Positions 1-12,700 of a DNA stretch of 64,000 bases are shown here, one piece after another. A program made the position numbers and the translations under genes. Each line of letters starts with the position of its first letter. Within the stretch, counting starts at the first letter, position 1. The notes beneath the pieces are model-generated. The model saw only the letters and a program-made list of their open reading frames with translations, did no database searches and had not been told where the DNA came from. Location: assembly GCA_951406725.2 (NCBI GenBank), contig OX597823.1:29512001-29576000 (forward strand), written 5' to 3'. The DNA comes from Octopus vulgaris (taxonomy: Eukaryota).

Positions 1-394
1 TAATAATAATAATAATAATAATAATGACAACAATAATAATCCTTTTTACTATAGGCGCAAGGATTGGGATTTGTGGGGAGGGGTTAGTCAGTTACATCAC
101 CAGCACCCCACCCCACCCCCAGACTGGTACTTATTTTACCAACCAGCACCACTGCCACCCTCAATATCATCATCATCATAGACATTGCCATCACCATTAC
201 CCTACCACCACCACCACCACCACCACCACCACCAACATAATCATACATGATTTTTAAGCTTGATTTTTTTTTTTTTTCTTTTGCTTTCCATGCTGGCAGG
301 AATTTCAATAAAACTTGTTTAAAAGCAATGTTTTTTTACTGCCCGATGGCATTCATATCAATAAACCTTACACTTGTTTTCCAAATAAAGTATT

Positions 395-446
<52 letters not shown>

Positions 447-941
447 TTCACATAATAAACTGCACAACTGGACAAGTTTTACAACGGACAACAACAATAG
501 CATTGCCAATGTGGTGACATTGTTTTAGACTAAAAACCACAAAGACCATCAAGACAGAAATAAAAAGCCACAGAACACACACACACACATGTGTAGATAT
601 ATTCTCTTGAGTGCAGACATGCTGGAGCACCGCTTTTAGTCGAACAAATCGACCCCGGGACTTATTCTTTGTAAGCTTACCACCTATCCTATCAGTCTCT
701 TTGCTGAACCAGTAAGTTACGGGGACGTAAACACACCAACATCGGTTGTCGAGCAATGGTTGTGGGGACAAACACAGACTGGATAAACAGCCAACAACTG
801 ATGCAGGGTCGTTCTTTATGTTGCTTGTTTTGTTTTCCATTTCTGTCTTTGATTGTTCGAAAGAATAGTTCATGTTCCATGTGGTCATGCTTCATGTTTT
901 TTTTTTGTTGTACACGTTTCGTGAAGTCCCGTGTCCACATA

Positions 942-978
<37 letters not shown>

Positions 979-1610
979 TCATCGTCGTCATTGTCGTTTA
1001 GCATCTGCTTTCCATACTAGCATGGGTTGGACAGTTCAACTGGGGTCTGGGAAGCCAGAAGACTGCACCAGGCCCAGTCTGATCTGCCAATATTTCTACG
1101 AGGCTTCTTTCAGTTTCTGTCTGCCAAATCCACTCACAAGGCTTTGGTCGACCTGCGGCTATGGTAGAAAACACTTGCCCAAGGTGCCACACAGTGGGAC
1201 TGAACCCAGAACCATGCGGTCAGGAAGCAAGCTTCTGACCACACAGCCACTCCTGTGCCTGTATATACATATATAACATATGTCTCATCATTTAATGTTC
1301 ACTTTACATGCTGCCATGTCTTGAATGTTTGCCAGGAGCTGGCATGTCAGAAGACATAACCCAAACTCAACTGCCTGCTTCGGCATGGTTTCTATGGCTG
1401 GATGCCCTTCTTAATGCTGACCTCTTTACAGTGTACTGAGTGGATTGTACATGGCACCAGCACCATCAAGGTCACCAAGTACCTTGCAAGTCAAGTGCTC
1501 TCAACTAAGAGGAAAGAGTAGTATGAAGGAAGGTGGCTTAGTGCCAGATGACAAGAGGTTAAGAGTGTTTGAGGAAATAGAAACAGGTGTCCAGCAGAAG
1601 CAGGAGATAC

Positions 1611-1644
<34 letters not shown>

Positions 1645-1801
1645 AAATTTAAAGGACTGACCACTAAAAGTGGACGAGCAATAAGCTAGATATAGATGTC
1701 AAAATAGCGATTTGTAAGTAAAAATATTTTAATCTTCGGATTGCTTTAATATGCTAGGCCACTGGTTTTAATTGATTAATATCAATTTCTACCCTTATTC
1801 A

Positions 1802-1849
<48 letters not shown>

Positions 1850-3184
1850 TACACATGCAATCTGGTGAGACATTCCAAGCACTGTGTATATTTGATCAGA
1901 TATGAGGAACAGAAACACAGGGTCTTGCAGTGGAGAAGATTTTCTCTCTCCCTCTGTGTATACATACATATATATACACACACAGCACGCATACACACTC
2001 ATACACAAACACATACATATATGTATGTATATATATATCTATAATAGATAAAGAGAATGAGAGAGAGGGGGTGTATTATAAATAGGGAAGCAAACAGTGA
2101 GGTAGTATATAGGGTATGCAAAAAGCCTCTCCGCATTGAATTTTTTCCATCCTGACCCTCCAAGAGGTATTTCAAAACATGTGTAGAAGAATCTTCTGCA
2201 TTGAAAAATGAAGGACGACACTTTCAACACCTCTTATAATAAAGTCTTGCAAAGTCTAATATCTTCTTTTGTAGTCTTAAACCATCTTATATATATATAT
2301 ATTTATTTATTTATTTTGCAATAAAGTACTTGACTGCGGAGACTTCCTGAAGAGCTGTAGTATGGTGTTGGTGGACAGTTGAAAACGTCACTTATATTCA
2401 TCCGCCCACGTATCGTGTATGTGAGTGTGTGATGAACAGCTTTGATTTAAAATACTTGAATGTGAAACAATGTGTTTGTGTTTAAAAAACGCGCAGACAC
2501 ACGTGCTAGGTGCTTGTGTTTATCTATGCGAATGTGTATTTATGATGGAGCAGATAAGTACCTCTATACGTAGGTATGTGTGTGTGTGTGTGTGTATAGA
2601 GATAGATAGATAGAGAGCGATATAAACTAATTCACGTTTGCCTGACATCTATATTATTCATCAGAGCAGACGGATTAAACAAAGCAGTTGTTTATGACTG
2701 ATAATAAGTATTCGTGTCTTTCAATGAACGAACGACCTTAATAACATCTATACGACAACAACAACAACGACCACCACCACAAAATTGTAACAACTATCTT
2801 TAGCAGCGGACGTCTTCTAACTGGTGAGTGAAACTAAGTTATCTCTGCGAGGGCGGCAGGGCAAAGGTAGCTTAGAGGTCAGGGTGCTGCACTCACAATA
2901 GCAACTTTGCCGGTTCGATTCCCGAACCAGGTTGACGTGTTGTTTGTCTTGAGCGAAATGCTTCTTCTCACGCCGTTCCGCGATCACTTCGTCATCTGTT
3001 GCGTAGCACATCGTGCACCTGTACAGGTAATGTCGATCTGAAGGAAGGAGTGAGCTAATTTGCAGCACGAACATTTGATCACGAAAAAAATTATCATCTG
3101 AAAGAAATGGCAGAACCGTCTTCCCCCCGGAGTCGAGCGACTAAGTTGCCTGTCTAAGCTGACTGTTTGTCTGTCTGTCCCCAC

Positions 3185-3342
3185 CAAGGGCAGACTGAGA
3201 GTATAAAGGGCCTTCGGGCATAACTGTTCACCGGGCCTCTTAGCATTGATATCGAAGAAAGTAAACATGTTGAGTGCGGGCCCTTTCAGAGCTCCCGGCC
3301 CTCGGGCAGTATCCGGTTGACCGACGGCTCAGTCCGCTCTTG
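3185..3342. mobile_element. hAT-like MITE
   Basis: TIRs CAAGGGCAGACTGAG / CTCAGTCCGCTCTTG; degenerate 8-bp TSD GTCCCCAC/ATCTCCAC. Confidence 0.6.
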
Positions 3343-3375
3343 ATCTCCACACACTAACATATGTTTGTATCTATG

Positions 3376-4029
3376 TACGAAGAAAAGTAAAAAGTTATCC
3401 ACACTTTCGCCATAACATATCTTTATTATCACACTGCATTCTGCGCATGCGTGTTTATAGTTGGTACTATTGTGGTCACGTGATCGAAGTTTGAGCGTGA
3501 TCGCGCCGTTTTTCTTTCTCATTTTACAATGTAAACATGGCCGCTTCACTAGCAATGTGTACCAAAGAAGAACAAAGAGCAGCGATCCGATTTCTCTGGT
3601 CGGAACGTGTGTCAGATGCTGAAATTCATCGGTGGCTTTTAGCACAATACAGGGACAGTGCACTACTGCGTAGAAGTGTGTATGAGTGGATCAAAAAGTT
3701 TAAAAGTGACGCCTGAACAGGGAGCAGGACATCCGTCAACCTCCACCACTGACGGGAAGATTCAGCAAGCTCGAGAGATGGTAATGGTGAACCGGTTCAC
3801 TACTACCATTTCTCGGATCACTGCTCTTTGCTCTTATTTTGTGCACATTGCAAGTGGAACGGCCACGCTTGCACAGTAAAGTCATAAAGAAAATGGCGCG
3901 TTCAGGTTCAAACTTCGATCATGTGACCACAATAGTACCAACTATAAGAAAGCTGAGACAGAAGGCAGTGTGACAATAATAAAGAAATGTTATGGCGAAA
4001 GTGCGGATAATTTTTGACTTCTATTCGTA
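3376..4029 (+). mobile_element. Internally deleted mariner element with ~140-bp inverted ends and a transposase N-terminal HTH remnant
   Basis: Ends TACGAAG.../...TTCGTA; 3537-3716 encodes MAASLAMCTKEEQRAAIRFLWSERVSDAEIHRWLLAQYRDSALLRRSVYEWIKKFKSDA*, continuing after a frameshift as GAGHPSTSTTDGKIQQAREMVMVNR. Confidence 0.8.
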
Positions 4030-4789
4030 TGTATGATGTATTGACAGACAGATAGATACTAGTACGGAAAAGACTGAGTGATCAAGAAGTTAGCTTCTGA
4101 AATACGTGGTTCAACAGAAACCGGCGAAACGGTGGTTCGGCGATTCAGAAAGGAAATGGTGAACATTGGGCATATCTATACATAAGAGAATTGGCATTGC
4201 GAATGTATATCAAATACTTCAAATTTAATTATGAACTTGTCCAGTCACGCTCATTGATATAAACGCCAACTTTTTCATACTTTTCGGAACGCTAAAGGTG
4301 TACTTGCGAATGTTTTTGCCTACTGCGTGGTACCGTGGGCAAGGGTCTTCTACAATAGCCTCGGACAGACGAATGCCATGTGAGTGAATTCGATAGGTGG
4401 AAACTATGTGGAAGCCTGTCCTGTGTTTCTGTGTGCTTGTCTGTCCCCATGGTGTTAGACAACCTATGCTGGTTTGTTTTCGTTCCCGTAAGCTAGCGGT
4501 TTGCTAAAAGTTTACTATAGAATAAGCAGTCTTAAGAAGAATAAGTACGGGAGTTGATTTGTTCGACTGAGCCAGTCACCAGTAACCTGCGGCCCGCGAG
4601 ACTTTCTGAATGGTACACCTGACGAGAAATAATAACCTTTAGTTCTTTAGTAGTTCGGCCCGCTTCTCGAAAACGGTTACTCGGGTCTGGACTGAACCTT
4701 TAACGCAATAACTCCCAGCATGACTGCAATCCAATGACTGAAACAAGTACACGTTAAAAGGGCACATACACACACACACATATATACGT

Positions 4790-4955
4790 GATCGATGTCA
4801 GGTTCGCCTGACTGGCCCCGTGTCGGTGGCACGTAAAAAACACCCACTACACTCTCGGAGTGGTTGGTGTTAGGAAGGGCATCCAGCTGTAGAAACATTG
4901 CCAGACTAGATTGGAGCCTGGTGCAGCCTCCTGGCTTTCCAGACCTCAGTCAAAT
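4790..4955 (+). mobile_element. Dispersed retroposon fragment (GGAAGGGCATCCAG family)
   Basis: Reverse-complement similarity with 985-1088 and 1285-1470; motif seen in RTE-associated elements. Confidence 0.55.
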
Positions 4956-5630
4956 TATTAAGATATTTGTAAAATTTACCTGTAAGTTTTTTATTTTCGT
5001 GCTGACACCCTGGTAAAATCATTAATGACTTTTACCCTTTATTATAATTAATATATACATATATGTATACATATATACATATATATGTGTGTGTGTGTGT
5101 GTGTGTGATTTTTCAGAGTGTGTATATATTTTTGTGTGTATGTGTGTATATACATTTATTTTCTGCAATTTGCGTATGTCTACAATGCAAGTATGTATAT
5201 GTAATGCATATTATGGCTGTAAGTACAAACACAGCTGAAAAATAAAACTCTACCACGTAAGCACGTGTTCAACAGTTGCTGTTCATTCATAGTTTAGGTG
5301 GCGAGATAAATATAGAAGAGGGGAGGGTGAAGGAAGTAAAATGGTGGGAGGGAGGGAGAGAGAGAGAGTAAGTGAAAGACAGAGAAAAGAAAAGAGAGAG
5401 AGAGGGCTTTACCAAATAAGGAGATATTCTCGCTGCGCTACACGTTGAGCTAACTAACGAGTAGAGTGAGATTGTGAAAGATAAAGGGTGTAATAGATAC
5501 AAAGAAAGAGAGAGAGGAGGTACGCTAGATTTATGGATGTGTGTGTGTGTGTGTTTACAACATTGTAAGCTTTAGTGTTCATTCATGAAAATGAATAGCA
5601 AATGCGAACCTTCATTCAGTGCCTAACTAC

Positions 5631-5663
<33 letters not shown>

Positions 5664-5682
5664 CTCTCTCTCTATATATATG

Positions 5683-5806
<124 letters not shown>

Positions 5807-6016
5807 CTTTTATTTGTTTCGGTCATTTGACTTCGGCCATACTGGGGAACCGCTTTTGGTCGAACAAATCGACCGCAGGACTTATTCTTTCTAAGCCTAG
5901 TACTCTCATTCTATCGGTTACATAGGCCGAACCGCTAAGTTACGGGGACGTAAATACACCACGTCGATTGTTAAGCGGTGGTCGTGGGGACAAACACAGA
6001 CACACAAACATATGCA

Positions 6017-6135
<119 letters not shown>

Positions 6136-6281
6136 GCATGTATGTATGTATAGGCACAAGGCCTATACTCAACTAAAACACACATTCAAAGGGGCCCGGT
6201 AAACAGTTGTGCCCCAGAGACCTTAATACTCTCAGTCCACCCCTGGTATGTATGTGTATATATAACGTGTGTGAATATATA

Positions 6282-6344
<63 letters not shown>

Positions 6345-6347
<3 letters not shown>

Positions 6348-6384
6348 ATGACACGCAAATTCGTGAAGCGTTCCATATTTTTTT
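6345..6384 (+). pseudogene. U6: U6 snRNA 3'-terminal fragment (retroposed, 5'-truncated)
   Basis: AGGATGACACGCAAATTCGTGAAGCGTTCCATATTTTTTT equals the conserved metazoan U6 3' end including the oligo-U; preceded by (TA)n, no U6 5' half or promoter. Confidence 0.9.
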
Positions 6385-6450
6385 AAAGGCGGTGCTCCAG
6401 CATGGCCACAGTCACATGACTGAAACAAGTAAAAGAGTATAAAGAGTATA

Positions 6451-6634
6451 GGGAAAGTACACAAAAAAAAAACCAAAAGTCGAAGACAAGTGGTGTACAA
6501 AACAAACAGATGTATTAGTATAACGCTCAGGAATAGAAAAAGTCTTTTACGTTTCGAGCCTATGCTCTTCTACAGAAAGGGACACAGAAAAAAACAAGGA
6601 GAGAAAAAATGTGTGTAGTGGCTAACGATCTATC
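6451..6634 (-). mobile_element. Short Penelope-like terminal module with variant hammerhead (6544-6579)
   Basis: Minus strand CUUU-CUGUAGA-A-GAGC(AUAG)GCUC-GAAA-CG-UA-AAAG; homologous to the copies at 14401, 24336 and 58605; flanked by TA/TC microsatellite. Confidence 0.65.
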
Positions 6635-6636
6635 TC

Positions 6637-6703
<67 letters not shown>

Positions 6704-7580
6704 TTATGAGAAGTAATGGTGTCATTGAGACCCAAAGGTGTCAGGTAATGCTGAATAAGTGCAATAGATGGACCGCAGTTAAGTTCCAGGTTCGGTGATT
6801 ATGCGAATAAGGGGTTTAACATTGGTCATATGTCAGCGTGTGTATATAAAATATTTTTTTCGTAATGAGATAAAAAAAAACCAAGGCTGTGTAGATCTTG
6901 TGCCTAGAGTAGAAAAGAATCGCTAGCACGCCGAGAGAAATGCTTAGAGGTATTTCGTCCGTCGCTACGTTCTGAGTTCAAATTCCGTCGAAGTCGACTT
7001 TGCCTTTCATCCATTCGGGGTCGATAAATGAAGTACCAGTGAAGAACTGGGGTCGATGTAATCGACCTATATTAAAACGGATTCTAACAAGTACATCTGC
7101 AACAATGCAATCACCGCCACCACCACCATCAAACTACCATCACTATAACGACTATTATCTGTACCATCACCACCACTACCACCACCACCACTACCTACCA
7201 CCACCATCACCATTATCAAACTACAATTACTATCACGACGACCACCGCTACCTCACCACCAACGCCACAAGCCACTACTACCACCCTTACTGCAATTAAT
7301 GCTTCCATAAGTGCAAAACATGGGATAGCAGTAACGGGAACAACAATAGCAAGAACATCAATAAAAACAACTGCTGCGGCAGTAACAACAACAAGCACAT
7401 TACTAACAACAACTGTCGTACTAAATACGGGAGAACGTTTAAAGTAAATAAACACGTGGGAAGTTTAGAAAAAACAAACTTGTTTTTCTTGAAAATAAAT
7501 ATAGCATCATAGTCTAAGAAGGAAAAGAAAAAGAAAAGCACTTCAGCAGTGTTGTTGCTGTTGTTACTACTACTACTACT

Positions 7581-7639
<59 letters not shown>

Positions 7640-7680
7640 ATAATAATAATAATAATAATAATAGTAATAATAATAATAAT

Positions 7681-7892
7681 TCTTTTATTTGTTTCAGGCA
7701 TTTGATTGCGGCCATGCTGGAGCACCGCTTTTCGTCGAGCAAAATCGATCCAGGGACTTATTCTTTGGAAACCCAGTACTTATTCTATCGGTTTTCTTTT
7801 TGCCGGACCGCTAGGTTACGAGGACGTAAACACACCAGCATCGGTTGTCAAGCGATTTTTTTTCGGGGTTGGGGGGGCAAATACAGACAGAT

Positions 7893-7941
<49 letters not shown>

Positions 7942-8067
7942 TACAACGGGTTTCTTTCAGTTTACGTCTACCAAATCCACTCAGCTTTGGTCGGCCCGAG
8001 GCTATGTGACACCGGGACTGAACCCGGAACCATGTGGTTGGTAAGCAAGCTACTTACCACACAGCCA
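7681..8067 (-). mobile_element. tRNA-derived SINE family A
   Basis: Head with A box TGGCTGTGTGG and B box GGTTCAGTCC, internal (TA)n(TG)n, tail CAGCATGGCCGCA...GAAAC. Confidence 0.85.
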
Positions 8068-8303
8068 TAATAATGATGAAGATGATGATAATAATAATAA
8101 TGGTTGCAAATTTTAGCCATAAGGGCAGCTTGGGGGAGGTGGGGATGAGTCGATTACATCGACCCCAGTGTTCAACTGGTACTTATTTTATCGACCCGGA
8201 AAGGATGAAAGGCAAAGTCGACCTTGGCAGAATTTGAGCTCAGAACGTAGCGACGGGCGAAATACGGCTAGCGCACGTGCGTGTTGTGAGGGTTTTGCGT
8301 GTA

Positions 8304-8565
8304 CAGTAATCCCTCGCCATATCGCGGTTCACCTTTCGCGGTTTACTATTTAAGCTTAGGTTGATTCCTCCGTGGCGTTGTTTTGCGTTTATAATAAAAT
8401 AAAATATATACAAATTATTAAAATTATTAATATATACACACACACACACACACTCACACACACACACACACACACACACAGTACCGTACTGTTTCTACTT
8501 CGCGGAATTTTCACCTATCGCGGATTTTTTGGAACGTAACACCCGCGATTATCGAGGGATTACTG
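8304..8565. mobile_element. pogo/Tigger-like MITE
   Basis: TIRs CAGTAATCCCTCGCCATATCGCGG / CCGCGATTATCGAGGGATTACTG, TA at the left end; related to 9790-10268 in opposite orientation. Confidence 0.7.
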
Positions 8566-8579
8566 TGAATTAGACTAAC

Positions 8580-8830
8580 AAAATTATAAAAAAAAAAAAA
8601 GAAAGAAATCAACAATGGCTGCTCACGGAAAAACCCCATAAAAGCCAAGGATACCCTGACTTTTGGGGCAGATCCGTTCACTCGCACCACTCTCGCCACT
8701 TCCATCCACCTTTCCGTAAACTGGCCAGAAGACAACACATCCCTTTCTGCCCTTATTTTCCTTTATAAGTGAAGCTTGAAGAAGTTGGTCAGGGATTGTC
8801 TTCAGCCCCTTCAATACTGAATTGCGTGAA
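8580..8830 (-). mobile_element. L1/Tx1-like LINE 3' remnant (ORF2 C-terminus)
   Basis: Minus strand FFKLHL*RKIRAERDVLSSGQFTERWMEVARVVRVNGS resembles Tx1/L1 ORF2 C-termini; recognised from memory, not aligned. Confidence 0.5.
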
Positions 8831-9449
8831 ATAATTTTGTTACATTAAAAACATAACCAGCTCAAAAACGAGCGAATGTAAAGCTAGGCGGATAGCAACA
8901 CAAACCTTGTGGTACGATAATTTCTGACACATGTTCGAGGGGGTATTGATGTGGTTGCGGGCAAACACATATATACCCTTTTGACACCCCTTGATGAAAT
9001 AAAAAGACATCGAAGATGTGAGGGCAAAGGAGAGAGATAGTATCGCCCTAGTGTTGGTACACATTCACTGATAAATTGGGCAACGTGAAATGAAAAGAAA
9101 CGAAATAATTTGCTGAAGAAGGACAATGTGATTCAAGTCCAGTGTCACGAATCGAACCGAAGACCTCATATGATCATGAACCGAAAAACACCCACCCACC
9201 CACCCCACACTCAGCCACCAAGCCACGCACCTTTCAACAATATTTTTAAAGGTGGGCGAAAGGTTATGGGAAAAACGTATGATGCAAAACAAAAGACAAA
9301 CAACGCGGCCTTTCTTTAATCATTCTCTTCAGGATATTTTGTTTTCTAAACCAGCAGAGCAGCAGGTAGGTCGGTAAGTAGAATGACTACAATAAACACT
9401 GAAAGATCAATCAAGAACAGACGTATATCACATACGCAAAGCTGTTTCC

Positions 9450-9527
<78 letters not shown>

Positions 9528-9789
9528 TCTGTAACTTTTTTTCTTTGCTTTTTTTCCCTGAAGCATGTGACTAACATATAGCGTTGCCTGCCTAAATTTC
9601 AATGCATGAGTTGGTATGTGGGGACGGCCATGGGAACAGAGAGATAGGCCACTGTTGTTTTTGCTCTCTCACTCTCTCTCTCTCTCTCTCTCTCTCACGC
9701 AGGTTCGTTTTTGTTGGGTTAATGAATATCTAGGACGAAGACATATATGTACGTACACACATATCTATGCATACAAGTTTGCGTGTCTA

Positions 9790-10268
9790 CAGTAAAGGCC
9801 TCGAATACCGCGGGTGTTACGTTCCAAAACTCCCCGCGATTAGTGAAAATCCGCAAAGTAGAAACAGTACTGTACTGTATATATATTTTCTCATTTATAT
9901 ATATTTATTTTATTATAAATGCAAAGCAACACCACACGCTCGCTTCCCGAGTTTCGTTTTCCATACAGGATGTGCGATTCTTTGTTTACGGTGCACAGCG
10001 TATTTCCTTTTGATATATTTTAATTAATGTGTTATACAGTGCAGTACTGTATTTTTATTTATTGATTTATTCATTTTCTGGCGTGAAAATGCTTATTTTA
10101 CCACAGAAAGAATTAAAATCTAAAAAAAAACAAAACAAGCACCCATCGGCCGCAGAAACCCGCGATATACTGAGGAGTCCGCGCTATAAATCTACATATA
10201 TTAGCCAGAAAATTCCGTGATGTACTAAGGGTGCAATAGGTAAACCACGATGCAGCGAGTGCTTACTG
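9790..10268. mobile_element. pogo/Tigger-like MITE, second copy
   Basis: CAGTAAAGGCCTCGAATACCGCGGGTGTTACGTTCCAAAA...GAGTGCTTACTG; shares subterminal sequence with 8304-8565. Confidence 0.65.
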
Positions 10269-10750
10269 TGTGTACACACACATACAGACACACACGCACG
10301 TGAAGAGTGAATTCTTGTAACGGTGAACGTCCTAGTTGAATCTACAAACCGGTTTCCGTCAGCCCAGCTGGAGATCAGAGGTGAGACGGCGCTGTGAGCG
10401 AGCTAATATGAAATACTATTATTCATGGAGGCCATAGGTCGTGCGTTCAATCCTGCTGCAGACATATCATTGTCTTTCTCAGACAAAACACTTTGTTCTA
10501 TTTTGCCACAGTTCACCGAGGCCATCACACTTACTTTTTATCAGAACGTCTGTGGATGTTATCCAAGACGACCAAACGAGAGGGGCTCGTACATGGTTGC
10601 TCGATCTGCAAAACATAGCAGCCCAATTTCCCTTGTATCAAACGCTAACAAGGTTAAGAAATTCGTTGCAACAACATGGTTCTGATTTCAGTCTCATTGC
10701 ACAGCACCACGGCAGGTGCCTTTTTCTATAGCCCCGGGCCAACCAATGCC

Positions 10751-11158
10751 GGATCTTTTCGGTTTGAACGGCAGTTTTTAACATAATTTCTAGGTAACTA
10801 AAAAATTTTAAACTTCGTATACTGGTAGAATGTGTTTATAAAACATCTTTTTCTCTTGGCTTTATTGAGAAAATTCTATAGTTTGTAAGATATTTATTGT
10901 TTTTTTTTCTTCAATTTCTGCAATTTCAACCAATCAATGACGTCCATTGAGGTAAAAAAACATTCTGTGCCGTATGAATATGTCCCTCGTTTAAGAAACA
11001 GATTGGGTTTATTTACATTTCTGAAGAAAAAAAGATACCCTTCCCTCCACCCCTAACCCTAAAACAGATTGAAATAGATCGATACTAGGGTCATAATTAT
11101 GGGTGACAATTTCATATGACACCGCTAGAAAAAACTGCCGTTCAAACCGAAAAGATCC
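10751..11158. mobile_element. MITE with GG..CC termini (Merlin-like) inserted into a SINE
   Basis: TIR GGATCTTTTCGGTTTGAACGGCAGTTTTT; 8-bp flanks CCAATGCC/TTAATGCC; internal CCCTAA repeats. Confidence 0.8.
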
Positions 11159-12191
11159 TTAATGCCTGTTAGTGGATTTGGTACACGGAAACGGAGTAAA
11201 ATCCTGTCGCGCGCGCACGTGTGTGTGTCCGTGTGTCCACTATACCAGCCTGGTAATCAGTTTTACAGCAAAAGCTAACGATAGAATAAGTATATGATAA
11301 AAAAAAAAAATCAACTACTGGGGTTGATTTTTAGACTAAAACCCTTCAGGACGGTGCCCCAGCATGGCCGCAGTCCAATGAGTGAAGCAAATATAAGATT
11401 AAAATTACATCGGATAATCCATTGTTAGACACATAATATTTGTGAAATAGACGGGTCAGTCTAGATTGGAACTATTTTGACGGTAATTCGGTTCAATGAA
11501 TGCCTTCGTACAAGGCCTAAACAATAGAGAAATTAACCCTTAAGAGTAGCCGACGTCTTCTCCACAATGGGTTTCGGTTTTTATCCACTTCAAATACTAG
11601 GAAAATAGAATAAAACTGAGCTAAGCACAAGTTGGGAAGAAAAAACAGGAAATGAGAAGTTTACTACGTTCAACCTCTCAAGAAAAACGGGTGATTGTCA
11701 CAGCCACCAACTCTAAAACTATAAATATTACGAAGTATGAGCGCTAAACAGTGATATATATATATATAAACGCACTGTTATTACCAGTTTAAATATGTTT
11801 GAGGCACGTTTGGCCTTGTAAATAAGCCATTTACTGTGTTTTGACAAGGGGGTGAATTTCTCGATGTAGACAAATGGTGTAAACAGACGACGAAGATTAG
11901 TTCGCTGCGCCTCCTTTCCAGACAGAGATGCAGCATTTCGTAGTAGTTGTCTCCTCTTCGGCCAGAGACACTGAGCAGGGGGCACTGCGAATTGATGAAA
12001 GACAGTGATTCTCTTCTGCTATTCCAGTCAATTTCTTTATTAACCATGAGGTTGAGAAAAAGAGGGGACGATACGAGGACAGACAAAACAAACATTGGGG
12101 GTCAGGGTATCGAATGAGACGAAACATATGAATAAACAAACAATTAAAATATATACAGTTGTGTCTGGGGAGAGTCATTCTCTTTTAATGC

Positions 12192-12360
12192 CTTATTATT
12201 TAACACACTCACCGGTAAAATTTCCACTTATTTTAATTCTCTAAAATTTTCGTTGCGTCTTGCAAACTTTTCAATAGTCTTGACTATTGAAAAGGTTGCA
12301 AGACGCAACGAAAATAAGGAATAAGTGGAAATTTTACCGGTGAGTGTATTAAATAATAAG
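12192..12360. repeat. Long fold-back palindrome
   Basis: Inner 34-bp arms 12246-12279 and 12282-12315 with a 2-nt loop and one mismatch; outer arms about 40 bp. Confidence 0.9.
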
Positions 12361-12540
12361 TGTTTATTGAGCGAAAACACCTAAAGCTCCGGCAAGGGGT
12401 AGTGGCGATCCCTGCTGTACTCTTTCGCCACAACTTTCTCTCACTCTTTCTTCTGTTGGCCTGCGGGGTGGCGCATTGTGACCAGCGATGTATAGCAACA
12501 TCTCATAGCCTGGTCGGTCACAGTGATATATATATATAGT

Positions 12541-12700
12541 AAATAATAATAAAACGAAGAAAATACACAAAGGAAAACAACCATGCGAGGACGTGGTACA
12601 TGTAAAGTATTAGCAGACGCTCAGAGAAGGAAAGAAAGATGGTTTAACGTTTCGAGCAGAGCTCTTCTTCAGAAACTGGAGAGCCATATAGAAAAGGAAG
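12541..12700 (-). mobile_element. Penelope-like terminal module, second family, hammerhead at 12642-12676
   Basis: Minus strand GUUU-CUGAAGA-A-GAGC(UCU)GCUC-GAAA-CG-UU-AAAC; flanked by (TA)n; homologous to 49485-49680. Confidence 0.65.

Noticed and set aside
2340-2395. Possible hammerhead CTGAAGA...GAAAACGTC
   Set aside because: Helix I cannot form and helix II is weak.
4815-4860. Pistol-ribozyme-like hairpin CGTGTC-GGT-GGCACG-TAAAAA
   Set aside because: Only P1 and a possible pseudoknot are present; P2, P3 and the catalytic elements are absent.
11970-11990. CTCF-like motif TGAGCAGGGGGCAC; also CCAGGTGGTGCTA after the tRNA
   Set aside because: Partial matches are expected by chance in 64 kb.
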